Positions 52,701-64,000 of a stretch of DNA of 64,000 bases are shown in pieces. How positions within the stretch are numbered: position 1 is the stretch's first letter; each line of letters opens with the position of its first letter. Both the position numbers and the translations under genes were made by a program. The stretch is taken from positions 10,581,995-10,645,994 of the forward strand of contig CM082585.2 in the NCBI GenBank assembly GCA_040954595.2. The letters run 5' to 3'. The notes beneath the pieces were generated by a model. That model was not told the DNA's origin, did no database searches, and worked only from the letters and a program-made list of their open reading frames with translations. Source of the DNA: Balanoglossus misakiensis. Lineage: Eukaryota; Animalia; Hemichordata.

Positions 52701-55700
52701 ATGATTTGATCTGCATATGTTTGTGTATCACAACATAGTTATCATTTTCAGTCTGTGACTTTCACAGATCACCGCAGAACTGTGGTCATTCAACTATTGC
52801 CTGAAAACCAGCCAAGGTCCTCAGATCACTGAAAGGAGAGGAATAAAATTTCATTATTTCCTCTGCTCTGAACCCCTGCAGATCTGGAGTTCTAAACAAT
52901 TCCTTCAAGTATGAGATTGATGTATGCAATCTGTTATAACTGTGTACATGTATTCTGTTACCCTATTCTTCTACTATAGATTAAACAGGGTTAGGTTTAG
53001 CCGTCTTTTACAGTTTAGACTCAAAATTAACTTGTCAGTCAGTCAGTACATTGAGTACTCAACTACAGAGGGTCCAGTATCCAAACAATATCAAATAACT
53101 GCCCATTTTTTTCAGAGTCTTTTCTTTGACTAATCAAGAACCCTCCCCCAATAAATCATTCACAGGATAAGGTACAGCTACCCCAGAATGACCTCGCGCC
53201 CAAGGACTGACACAAGGTCACCGAGCTCTCTCATTCTGACTGCGCTTTTGTTGGTCTGTCCACTACTTTGCAGCAAACTGTTCCACTCCACTGAGTTCTG
53301 AACAATGTTCTTGTAATGGGATGCCATACCCTGGTTGTAATCCCCCAGTGTTGACTGCAACTTTTTTCGAAATGTACTACTCCGTCCGGCGGCTACAGGA
53401 TGAACTTGACAATGGGTCTGACGTGCATATCGGGCCTTGACAGTTAGACGAGGTCTTCAGAAAAGCAATGAATTTTGCAAACTTCATTGTACTACATTGA
53501 AATTAATCCTGCTTTTGTACTTCACACCGGTAAACGTTCACACCTGGTTAAACAAAACACAAATCGTTTTAAAATTAATTTGCATTTGCGTTCTTCGCAA
53601 GGTCAAAATGCTGCGTTTAAAACGTTCGTGTCATTCCAAGATATTTTTTTGCACACCTGAGTAGCAATGGGCCCTGCAGCGGTCGAGAATACAATTCACA
53701 GATGCACTTACGCACCACTATCCGTGAAAAACAACACATTCAGAGCTCACTTAGGCAGCCTTGACCTGCATGCAGAAAAAACGGACCTGACCACAACGAT
53801 TAACAAGTGGAACATAAATGTTAAAAACACTATTCCGTTAGCGCAGTCTTTCTTTACAAATTACTCTGCCAGCTTACAGGATTATTAACACATTGTTTTT
53901 TTTTTTCATGTACAATGATGTCATTGTAAAGAAAAGTTGACTACTGGGCAGTGGCCCAGATTTCAGTACTATAACCCTTTCACCACCATGGTCTGGTCCA
54001 AATCCATTGTTTTTTATGGTAAGGTTGGACCGCTGAAGAGGGAACTGGGGGTGATAGGGTTAAGGCTTCAAGGTAAAAAGTGTAACACTTTGTTTTGGGT
54101 CTTCTGCACCACCAGTCAGTGGGTGACCTACTTATAGACTTGGTAGTCATTCTCGACACCCAATAACATCCCTTGATGGAACTTCACCTGGCAGAAAAGT
54201 TACGACAAGTAGTGTTATATAACAATTTTCTAAGACTGCAAAGTTCTGGGTACATTTAGTTCAAGTTACAATTACATGTACTGTAAGTTGACACGCTACC
54301 TAAACTTGTTCACTACATGGCAGAACAGAGCTAGTTTAATTTTAGGAAATTTTTCGCATTCAGGAGATCTCATTTGCTAACTTCACAGTGGCCAATAGCA
54401 GTTAGATCTCAGTTATGATGCTAAGGTCATGACCTTACCGTACCCACTCCCTCGGCAGCCATTTTTACTGGCACGGGATTATTCTGAACACAGTGCCTTC
54501 TCTGACCTATGGTGACCTATCCTTCACGACCTGTCAATATTATTGAGCCGTTTCGCCGTTTCGTTTGGACAAATGGAATTTTATGTCCACATTGCGCATA
54601 AAAGACCAGCAGTTCGAACCGCAAAACTTAGCATGAAAACATTCCATCTTTATTAAATACAGCATGATTTGAAATACAACAAAGAGCTTATTACATGTAT
54701 ATAACTAAAAGATTTTGATCAAATAATACTTTGTTTACCGCAAAATGTTTTAATTATTAAAAGAAATTGTGATTATCTGCAATCATAGCTGTCAACATAT
54801 TATACCACCCCAAACATCTACCTGGTGTTTTGGCTCAAGTTATACATGTATGAAATCTGGAGTACACAAATCTACACACTGTGAAAATATCATGTCAATC
54901 AAACCCACAAAACCAATGAAAACATACCAACCAGATCTTCAAAACAACAAAACACTCTGTGTAATGAATGGCATGCCAGACGGCAACACGTTGGTCATTT
55001 CAAGGATTACTGTTACATGTGAAATAATAAATCCAATATTTCCTTGAGCTTCGAATTTTTATGATGCAATAAATTGTCTCAGCTGCCATGTTATTTTCCC
55101 TCGTCTTTCACTCATATTTCTCTGAGTTATGGAGTCTACAGTTTCAGGCTATGAAACCGAACACCTGAGAATTCGACAAGGCCGTGTGTAAATGATGACA
55201 GAATTATACCACATGACAGGACATGAAGCCTGGTTTACAAGGATACTATGAGTCACAACAATAAATTTTAGGCATGTATTCTTTTTGTCTTTGATTAAAG
55301 GGACAAAGTCTCTCTCTTGCTGCCCTTTTTCCATTAATTATATTTGATACAAGACAGAGTTTATATTATTCTACATGTCGATATATAAGGAATCAACGTT
55401 CAACCACACAAAACATCCATCCAACTTGTAGACACAAGAGTGAAAAACTCGCCTAAATGAATAATCAGTGTTTACCATTTATTCATTTTGGCGGGATTTT
55501 TACTATTATATCCTACAAATGGGATGAAAGTTGTGTGTCGTTAAATGTCTATTCTCTATATATCCACATGTAGAATAACATGACCAGTGTCTTTTATCAA
55601 ACATAATTAATGAAAAAAGTCCTGCGAGAGAGAGACTTTGTCCCTTTAAAGGTACATGTCCCCTCATCCCCTCAACTCAGCAGTTGAATTTCAAAAGGCA

Positions 55701-56665
55701 CTGAACACTGTATTGAAAATGACCACCAGTCAAAAGCATACATGAATGAATGAATAAGAAGAAAAATAATTTTATTTTGTGAAAAGAATGATTTATGAAT
55801 AGTGAGAAAAGCAGGCATCGGTCGAGTTGTTAGTATAAGCTCAGTCTGACTTCTGCTATTGTCCTGTTCGAAATTAATTTTTCACTGCAAAGAAATACAG
55901 AAATACAACTTTAAAAGACCCGTTATTATCGACATCTGGTTAACATATTTTATTCACCGATGACTGGTTGCCTATGAAGGTTACACAAAGGCTATCACTC
56001 AGTGTATGTGTGTGTATTTTTAGCACTAAAGGTTTCTCCCATCTGGTTGAGCAATTTTAGACACCAGGGAATTCTAAACAGAAATTCTGTACATGGGCTC
56101 AATTTTTCCTCTTTGCTTTTTTTCTCTCGAGACACGCCACCATCAAAAAGCGGTGCTGGCTGACGAATGTCAAGGAAATCGGGGCAAGTCATAACATTGC
56201 CTCACTGGTAGTATGTTGACATACATGTTCAAGGCCAGATGCATTTTTCAAATTGTTCCATGCTATGTCTGTCGCTATAATATACATCTCGTTTTAATAA
56301 GTACCGTAACATATTGCACAATTATCTGACTCGTAACACTTCCCTTACCTTGCCTGTAAACCCAATATACAGGTAATCACCTATCAATATTAGCATAGTA
56401 TTATAAAAAAAATATGAAGAATAAACATAATCTAAAGACAGCTGCCAAAGAATTATACATTACCGTATTATCTAAACTTGTAGTATCTTTCCGCATACAC
56501 CCTCTGTATTGTGACCTCTGATGACCTATGACATTGTTCGGAAGTTTTCTTCTGAGCCAGATTCAATTGGTGAAATAACTCATCCAAAAACTTAGAAATT
56601 TGTGATATGAAGATATCAGAGATGTCTTTCAAATAAATAATCCATCGACACTATCATCTGGTCGC

Positions 56666-56718
<53 letters not shown>

Positions 56719-59289
56719 CCATCATCATCATCATCGTGCCTAGTGTCAGGTCACATGACTGATACAGAAATCAGAAAATACACCTCTTCGACAGAGATTC
56801 GGATACACACTCTTGAATAGTTCCAATTTCTACTGTTGTTCTACTAGCCGGAACTTCCGGTAGCCTTTGTTGGGTTTCTATTATATCATTTGAATCAGAG
56901 AGTATACGATTCAACAGTGAACAAAGGCAATGTACATCAACCTGGCCACTCACAGACTCAAAGTCCGTGAAACACACCCAATGTTTTCGATATCAAGACT
57001 GGAAAACTTCCTACATTCCCAAGGCATGGCATATTAAAGTATGCAGACAGTAGCCTATAGGCATGACATGATTGACCTGTTTTTATACACAACCTGAGAT
57101 AACAGACTCTCTCTCCACTCTTGTAATCTTATCTGTGAAACAGGTCTTGAAAAATTTACTCTGTTTTGGGGCTGCATGGAGGCAACTTTTGTTCACTGCT
57201 GCCATGTGCTACCACAGTCTCTATGAGTAAGCTGTCTGCAACTTTCACAGTGCCTAACAGCTCAGCGATTGTTCATTTTGCTCAGTAAAGAATTGATGCA
57301 CCATCAATCAATCACTATTTAACAAATGGTAACCCCTTATTATCCACTACCTTCCATTCTACAAACCCACCAAGTACTTTCAGCAACAAAGCTATTTATA
57401 ACAGCAAGGTCAAACTATTATAAGGGTCAAATGATTCTGAAACAATTTAGCATCCTCCACAGAATCACTGGGTAACTTTTACATGGCAACACTTTTCAAG
57501 AATATGCCTCTATTTGTGATGGCACAGTGTTTAATCTACCAGTGATTGAATATAAAAATCAAATCTCGATGAATGGTAAGTAACCAATTCCTGGTGTGAA
57601 AACCAATCTAGTTGAGTCAGTAGATGTGGGAACAGGGATCAGAACTCATGGGAATCACACAACTTGCCAGTTCCATTCTAATTTTACCCAACACAGGATG
57701 AATTCTTGACATTCTTCACACAATAACGATGTGTCATACTTCAAACCACAAAACATTCCCCTTTGTTTAACTTTAATGGTATGTTAATACTGAAAAATAA
57801 TGTAGGCCGTGTCATTGTTTTCTAATGAAAGCTTACTAAGAATAAATTCTTTCAGCCACTTCATTACAACTTCCGGGCTTTCCTACTCTGAGCAAATATG
57901 TTCAAATGGAAGCAGTCTCTGGATTGCTACCAGGCTGTGGGACCGACACATTTTCAAATGCAAACACACAACTATTCATAAACTGTAATCGTAATCTGTA
58001 TAAACACTACAACAGCATATCTGTTCTTGACATTTTATATCTGATGGGCAACAGCTACACTGTTTGACAAATAATGATAATCAACTTTCTGAGAATAAAT
58101 AAATATAGTAGCGTCCCTGCATTGGTGTCTGATATGCACAACTATTACATCATTTGTTATTGTAAGTATATTAATTAATACATGAAATTGACATAAAGTG
58201 AAATGAACATTACGTTCTTTAATAATGTTTCAGGCATTCAATATTTCTCCAACAGTTGCTACACAGTTTCTTTTCCTGCAAACTTCCGATTTTGCACCGG
58301 TTTCAGGGATAGGTTAGGAAACTACGTAGAACCGGGTGTGCCCAGCCTTTTATTGTAGAGATTATAATGATAGACCAATGACCGCGACTGTGCCCTCCCC
58401 CACAAGCAATGTCGCGTTTATGACTCATTCCCGGGTCCAGGTAAAACCGATATGTACTTTATTACAATAACAAATATCAGAAATAATATGCGAAATACTG
58501 TAAGTCAATAACAGAGTAATATTGTACGCATGTTGGCGTGGCAACAATATTTCTATGTTACATATTTCGTCTTTACACCGCATATATTACAAGGACTTCA
58601 TTCTTAACCATCATCATACATATTCAACGAGAATCAGGGAGTTCGAGTTTTCATAAGCCTGTACTGGTGATGGGAGTGTGACCGATCGTACCAAGTTGTC
58701 CCACTCTAGAAAAAGGCCTACATTCACATGACTCTCGAGAATGATCCCAGAGTACAAAGATATCATTATACACAGCCGACGGCGTCGATCCGTTTGAACA
58801 CACGACATCGGCATGCCGCGTCAGCGCGGTGTCCAGTGGTGTCCCAGCCCTTCATCATCAATCTTCAAACGTTTCCTCTGAATCTGCTCGATATGATAAC
58901 ACAATTTTACCAAGTGTGAAGCGACACTCGTTCCGCGATCTATTCCTGTCCGTCGATCATACGTGTGAACGCCACAAAGACACGTCTCACGCGGTGTATG
59001 ATAGACGTCCTACGGTGGCCGCTATAGATTCGATGTTTTGAACGGGCCGCGGAACAGATAGCGGAGCGGTGTGTGAGGCTACACTACAATATCAAACTCG
59101 TCTGCTTATGTACTCACCTATTTCTGTACAGTCGGAAAAATCGTACTTTTTGGCAATTTGTGGATATTCTTTAAGTTTTCTCCCGCTGAGATTTATATAT
59201 CCTGACACCTGAGCGTCTTCCAATACTCGTTCTATACTCCTAGACAGTTGAGTTCCCGTTTGGGGACTCTGTGTTTGGACCGCCATCAT
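34769..59289 (-). CDS. LRCH: Leucine-rich repeat and calponin homology domain-containing protein (LRCH family), up to ~850 aa
   Basis: Exons 59289-59118, 48383-48239, 47872-47743, 47494-47389, 47191-47055, 46823-46696, [45974-45735], 44661-44541, 43826-43602, 42594-42431, 42325-42263, [39694-39554], 37480-37282, 37149-37002, 36606-36494, 35530-35393, 35081-35004 and 34879-34769, with consistent phases; bracketed exons are less certain. Diagnostic segments: RSIERVLEDAQVSGYINLSGRKLKEYP, LRRs (DLSKNRLSEVP, DVSCNEI), DSGY...GDKRWSASE, PRFTMKREMER, and the CH domain IESRLKVTLPDDLLAALTDGVVLCHLAN...SIHVPSPAVPKLTLAKCRRNVENFIEACRKIGV. The protein ends KQTSAV*. Confidence 0.93.
46219..46432. repeat. 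Degenerate G/T-rich pentanucleotide tandem repeat in an LRCH intron
   Basis: About 5-bp periodicity (GGTTG/GGTTT/GGATT/GAGTG units). Confidence 0.6.
48675..48687. promoter_or_regulatory. RFX X-box-like palindrome
   Basis: GTTGCTAGGCAAC within ATGTTGC-TAG-GCAACAT, ~290 bp upstream of LRCH exon 2. Confidence 0.4.
53971..54063. mobile_element. piggyBac-type MITE (~85 bp)
   Basis: ATAA|CCCTTTCACCACCA ... TGGGGGTGATAGGG|TTAA. It has 14-bp TIRs with 2 mismatches, CCC/GGG termini and a TTAA-like target-site duplication. Confidence 0.7.
56666..56735. repeat. (CAT)n microsatellite
   Basis: About 23 CAT units with one CAC interruption. Confidence 0.97.
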
Positions 59290-60501
59290 CAAACATGCAA
59301 ATCAGCTGCCTTGCAAGGGACATGGACGTCGAAGGGGATTGTGGGTAATCTGGTCAACAAATGAGTGCTTCTCCCAAAACTGGGCTAAAAACACGAAAAT
59401 CAAGTTGTATTTTACAGGATTCGAACCCAGACCTATCGCAACAATTCACGTAGCAGCCAAGTATGCGCAAAAACAAACTTCGCCACAGCCACATCGCCCC
59501 AAAAGACTGTTTGAAGTGTCTTGAGCATGATCTGAGTATATCAAAACACATAGACAAACAAACAAACATGTAGACTTTTCTTCAGAAAAACAATCCACGA
59601 TTTCGTACCATTTAATACAAATAAGAAGACAACAGACCCAAGTGATTCTTACACGCGTGACTGGAGTGTGGAACTCACTACCACGCAGCAATTCAAATCA
59701 ATTAATTCAGTTTTTGTACTCAACATCACTCTATACACAAACCTCTATTGTACCACATATTGATTGCAGTATGAAACTCAATGTACAAATTATAATGAAT
59801 GTTGAAGATGGAGAGACAGACACAAAATAGACTTATGGGGAAGACATGGAAAGATGGACCCACAAAGTAAATCACAGATTTGTAGAACTTACCTGGTAAA
59901 TGCCACAACTTGATCAGAACAATCATCAATTGACCATTCTGCACACAGCAGGAATGAATTCTTGATCAATTATCATATATCAACATGTTTCCATTTTTTA
60001 TTTCATTTCCATGAAAGGTAGTATTTTTTTCTCTGTAGCTCACATTCTTGTTTTACTGAATTATCAACATGTTCTCCACAATATTCTTCACATCCGGATT
60101 TTGTATTGCAATTCAATTTCCCACCCATATCAAGATTTAGATTAGATGTGTTAGATTCACTATTCTGTCAGAAACTTACTCACTGAAATAAGACACAATT
60201 CCCAATGAAAGTTTCAATAAAAACAATTTTATTTATATACACATTAAATGTACACTGCCATAGATAAAATTCAATCAGAAATCGTGAGAGTTATCTTAGC
60301 TATAAAAAGTGTTTGATTGCTGGTCTGAACACAATGCGGCAAAGAAACAGCAAATATGACATTTCTGCAATGTTTTGTACAAATTATAACAGTATTCCAG
60401 CAACTGATTTTACTCAGAACCTGCGTGTACACAAAAGACACAATTTGAAAGTTTGGACAAAAAAAAAAAACATTTCAAAGTCTCTGAACATATCAAGTCA
60501 T

Positions 60502-63009
60502 CTACTTCTTCTTCTTTTTCCCCTTCTTCCCAGATTTTTTTCCTTTCTTTCCCTTCTTCTTCTTCTTTTTGCTGTATGGCCCAAGCTGCTTCCGTACCAT
60601 GATGCCCCTCCACCAAGACTGAACCTGTGTATGGGAAAAACAAAAGAATTCACAACTGGTACGTTTGGGGGCGTGCTCATAAAGTTGAGAATCAAGCACT
60701 TTCGGTCACAGATTGGTACCTTCAGAGTATTCTACACAACATGAAATAAGCACAGAACACTGACCTTAACAGTGGCTTTGAGTTCCTCTGCTTCTTGCTC
60801 AGCTTTGCGTCTTTCTTTCTCTTTCTCAATACGGTCTTCAACAACAACTTGCTCATACTCTGCATACTAAATATTCATGGTGAAGAAGAAATGATGTCAC
60901 TTGTTGAGCTCTATATTTATCTGTATTTGATTTCTTGCTGTGATACAAAAATAATATCATCAAAGTACCATCATTATTTTAAAATGTTTGGAACAGAGCT
61001 CACCAATTTTGTCAATTCTTGTAACCTTGCAAGGTCATTTGCCTTGGATGCTTTCAAGACATCCAACTCATGCTGCTTGGCGTCCACATCTTTGTCGTAC
61101 TTCTCCATCCAGTATTCCAGTTTCTCTTCCAAGTCCTAGCAACAACAGCAAATGAGAAAGAACTTTCAGTGATTGGATCACATTTAATTAATTGAGATAC
61201 AGATATTCATTGGTTAAAGGTACACAGTCACAGATGCACATTTAGCCACAGTTACCAGAGATCATAAGATTTTCATACACCCTTTTAAAAATATATTGGT
61301 AAAGTATATGGTCAGCATACTTACAGCATGATGAGTTCTCAAGTATTGCTCAATTTCTTGGTTCACCCTCTCTTCCTCCTCAATCTGTCTGTGCAATTTC
61401 TGTTTTGAAAAAAAAAATAATACCATCAGATTTTTACCGGTTTTGGAAACCATCTATTTCATGTTGTACTATGTTAGAAGTTAGCTTTTCAGTTTATCTA
61501 GAGATTCAGTTTTCTAATGAAATCACCAATAACACATCAGAAAGATTTAGTCACAGCAGAGTACCATGTAAAAGACAGGGAACTGCCCCTCACCTCAATT
61601 TCATCCTTCATTTCATTCTCCGTCAGCAAACATTTCTTCTGCATCTGATTCACGGCAACCTCAGCACCCTTCTTCACGTATTTTCCTTCCATGTTAGTTT
61701 TTGCTTTCATTTCCTGCAGCTGGTCCTTCAAATGGGCGATCATCTCGTTTCTCTGCTGGATCTCGGTTTCTTGTGTCCTTTTCACTTCCACAAGATTCTT
61801 TTGCAGTTGTTTTATCCTTTTACGACCAGCCTCTTCCCTGGAGGAGAGGGTATAGAAAATGTACACTTTAATTAAACCAGCTATGATCATGAAATATTAG
61901 TGTCACCTTGAAATTTCTGAAAAAGTGATTACTGTGGTTTCTTCCTTACAGTAACAGTAAACACCCCAACTTCTTAATGTACAGTTCCAAAAATGCCATT
62001 GAAAACAATAGGGTTCAACCACATGTTGGTGATTCGGTAAGGGTTATCTCAACTTACCTGAGGATCATATTTTGTAATTCTGCTTTTTTCTCTTGTTCCG
62101 TGGTAACAGAGTCAATAAGAGTATCATACGTCTGGTCAGACATCACTTCACTTAAGCAACTCCTAATCACATATTCCAAAAACTGCCTGTGGGTCGAGAA
62201 ACACAAAATATTTTACATGTAAAAACTGAGACACATACATGCCCAGTACCGATCAGAACTAAATACTCAATTGGGTTAGCACTCAAGACCAGCTTTAGGT
62301 TAGCATATGTAGCATGATGTCACATGTCATTAACCCTCAATGATATGTAGGTCATTTAAGGTCAGGATGCAAAGATTTATTGCAATGAAACATATGCCTG
62401 TACATGTAGGGCAGACAGATTGTAGAATTTAGCTTACCGATCATCTTGAGTTTTCTGAAGATTATCGGCAGTCAAAGGACTCTGTTTTAAACTCTTTGTA
62501 AAATGCTGCGTTGTGTTTCTGATGCCTGCTATTACATCTCCAATTTCTTGGTCAGTGTCTTTCAGCTTGCCAAGGTTGCTTTTACTACCACCTTTGAGTT
62601 CATTTCTCTTGGCTATCAGACCTTCATATCGGTTTTCCAAGTTTTTCTGTGAGTCTACAATTTTACTGATGTCATCATCTACAATCTGCGGAAAGAACGC
62701 AAAGAAATCTGGTAATATTTGTCTACAAAGGATTTACTGAAATCTCTTTTCAGCTAATTGGACTACAAATATTTGGTTGAAAACATTATGGTATACCCAT
62801 AGAGGTACCAAAAGACCTCCATGGGTACATGTATATCTATAACACTTTTAATTTCAGACTGAAAGATGATGAACAAGATTTACCTCCTCTGCATCTGGTC
62901 TTCCTTCATATGTATTTGGCATAATCCCCCCAAGGACGGTCAACTGATCGGCACAGTCTTCTAAGACTGTGCCAATCATGATGCCATCGATGGGATTCAG
63001 CCGCGGCAT
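60502..63009 (-). CDS. IQCG: Dynein regulatory complex protein 9 / IQ domain-containing protein G, ~392 aa
   Basis: Exons 63009-62884, 62685-62438, 62186-62058, 61837-61594, 61399-61325, 61135-61004, 60866-60765 and 60624-60502 (1179 nt, phases consistent). Motifs: VLEDCADQL, SPLTADNLQKTQDDR, RNEMIAHLKDQLQEMKAKTNMEGKYVK, LEEKLEYWMEKYDKD, the IQ-like VQSWWRGIMVRK, and the Lys-rich tail KKKKKKGKKGKKSGKKGKKKK. Confidence 0.93.
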
Positions 63010-63577
63010 GGCTGTAACATAAGTTAAGTAAAACAAGTTAGCAATTATGTTGTGAAGGAACTTGAAATACATGTACTTGTACAACATCCCTATGCTGTCC
63101 TGGCCTTCAAGAATCAATCTCTGTCTGACAACCTTCATCATAAAATATACTCCATGACAAATTATTCGTTTAAGACCTACCTGATATGCTTTAGTTACAC
63201 CAGTATTTGTTTGAGCCCACTTTTCTTCGACACAGCAGACGGACAAACTCCAGATCACTGGCTGTAGATTACAGTAGTTCAACTCCCCCAACCAATGTTT
63301 ACGTCCGTTTCTAAGAGTCCAAATTTCCCAAAATGCAAAGCGATAATCAACCTCGTTCAAGGGAACACGACCATTTGACATATCCTTGTCGTTCAAACTT
63401 TAACAATCATGATGAATCTTCTATTTAATCGAGTAACACTATAATTAACTGTACTAAATACCAGCTTTGGTATAGTTTTGCAAGTTAATCCCTAAAAATA
63501 TGTCTAGAACATTCTCGGCTGCGTACGTATGAGGTACACATTAGTTTGAGGAATGAAATACAGAACAAACAAACGGT

Positions 63578-63610
63578 CTTTTACGGAAGCAGCCATCTTC
63601 TCCATCTGTG
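63578..63610 (+). promoter_or_regulatory. Ribosomal-protein-type non-coding first exon (pyrimidine start, ETS and YY1 motifs), head-to-head with IQCG
   Basis: CTTTTACGGAAGCAGCCATCTTCTCCATCTGTG|GTATGT. It has a pyrimidine-rich start, CGGAAG (ETS/GABP-like), GCCATCTT (YY1) and a good donor at 63610/63611. Confidence 0.55.
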
Positions 63611-63900
63611 GTATGTTGTGAAGTTCGACAATCTTCCCTAATTTCAGAACACTTATCTTAAACTTCAACAAAATAATGACGTGATTAAATACTTCGATAT
63701 ATCCCTATTAAAGTATGTGATATTGATTTCTCGTCAAAACCCGGCAACATGTCAGATGTGTTGGATAATTATTAGCGGCCCTTGAATGGCGGGGGATGGG
63801 GAGCCTGTCTTATTATGATATTGGCGTGGGTTACACTGAATCGAAAATTGCTCTTATTTTGTTACAGGGGCTGTGCTCGAAGGCTGTTGAAATCGCAACA

Positions 63901-63917
63901 ATGGTTGCCTCAAAAAG
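63901..63917 (+). CDS. RPL35A: First coding exon (MVASKR) of probable 60S ribosomal protein L35a; the gene continues beyond the window
   Basis: Exon 63868-63917 (acceptor TTTTGTTACAG, donor AAG|GTGAG) has an ATG in ACAATGG context encoding MVASK-R with a phase-2 intron. This mirrors vertebrate RPL35A (non-coding exon 1, exon 2 ending MSG-R in phase 2), and human RPL35A lies head-to-head with IQCG. Only 6 codons are visible. Confidence 0.55.
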
Positions 63918-64000
63918 GTGAGAATTCATAGCACTATACTGTAATTATATTTTACCAGTTTGCCAAATTGGCAGTTCAGATGAAACTCAAGAAATGCATC

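Noticed and set aside
63010-63396. Long N-terminal extension of IQCG in the 180-aa ORF
   Set aside because: A good splice acceptor sits 2 nt before the ATG at 63009. The upstream frame looks like intron or UTR.

Overview
This is eukaryotic (animal) genomic DNA. It is AT-rich with GT-AG introns and microsatellites, and the gene content best fits an invertebrate deuterostome such as a hemichordate, echinoderm or amphioxus (inference). I assembled seven intron-containing genes by hand with consistent exon phases. (1) The 5' part of a secreted proteinase K/PCSK9-like S8 protease (-). (2) A ~490-aa signal-HYR-HYR-SEA-EGF-EGF-TM surface protein (+), mostly missed by the ORF track. (3) A PRD-class homeobox gene of the Repo family (-). 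(4) FBXO45 (-). (5) LRCH (-). (6) IQCG/DRC9 (-). (7) The first two exons of a probable RPL35A (+). The most notable signals are three perfect GCM-binding consensus sites upstream of repo, a FBXO45-LRCH-IQCG-RPL35A block matching human 3q29, overlapping 3' ends of repo and the HYR-SEA-EGF gene, RBFOX motifs around LRCH cassette exons, and a near-identical 25-bp element at two gene boundaries. No prokaryotic features, CRISPR arrays, rRNA or tRNA genes were seen.
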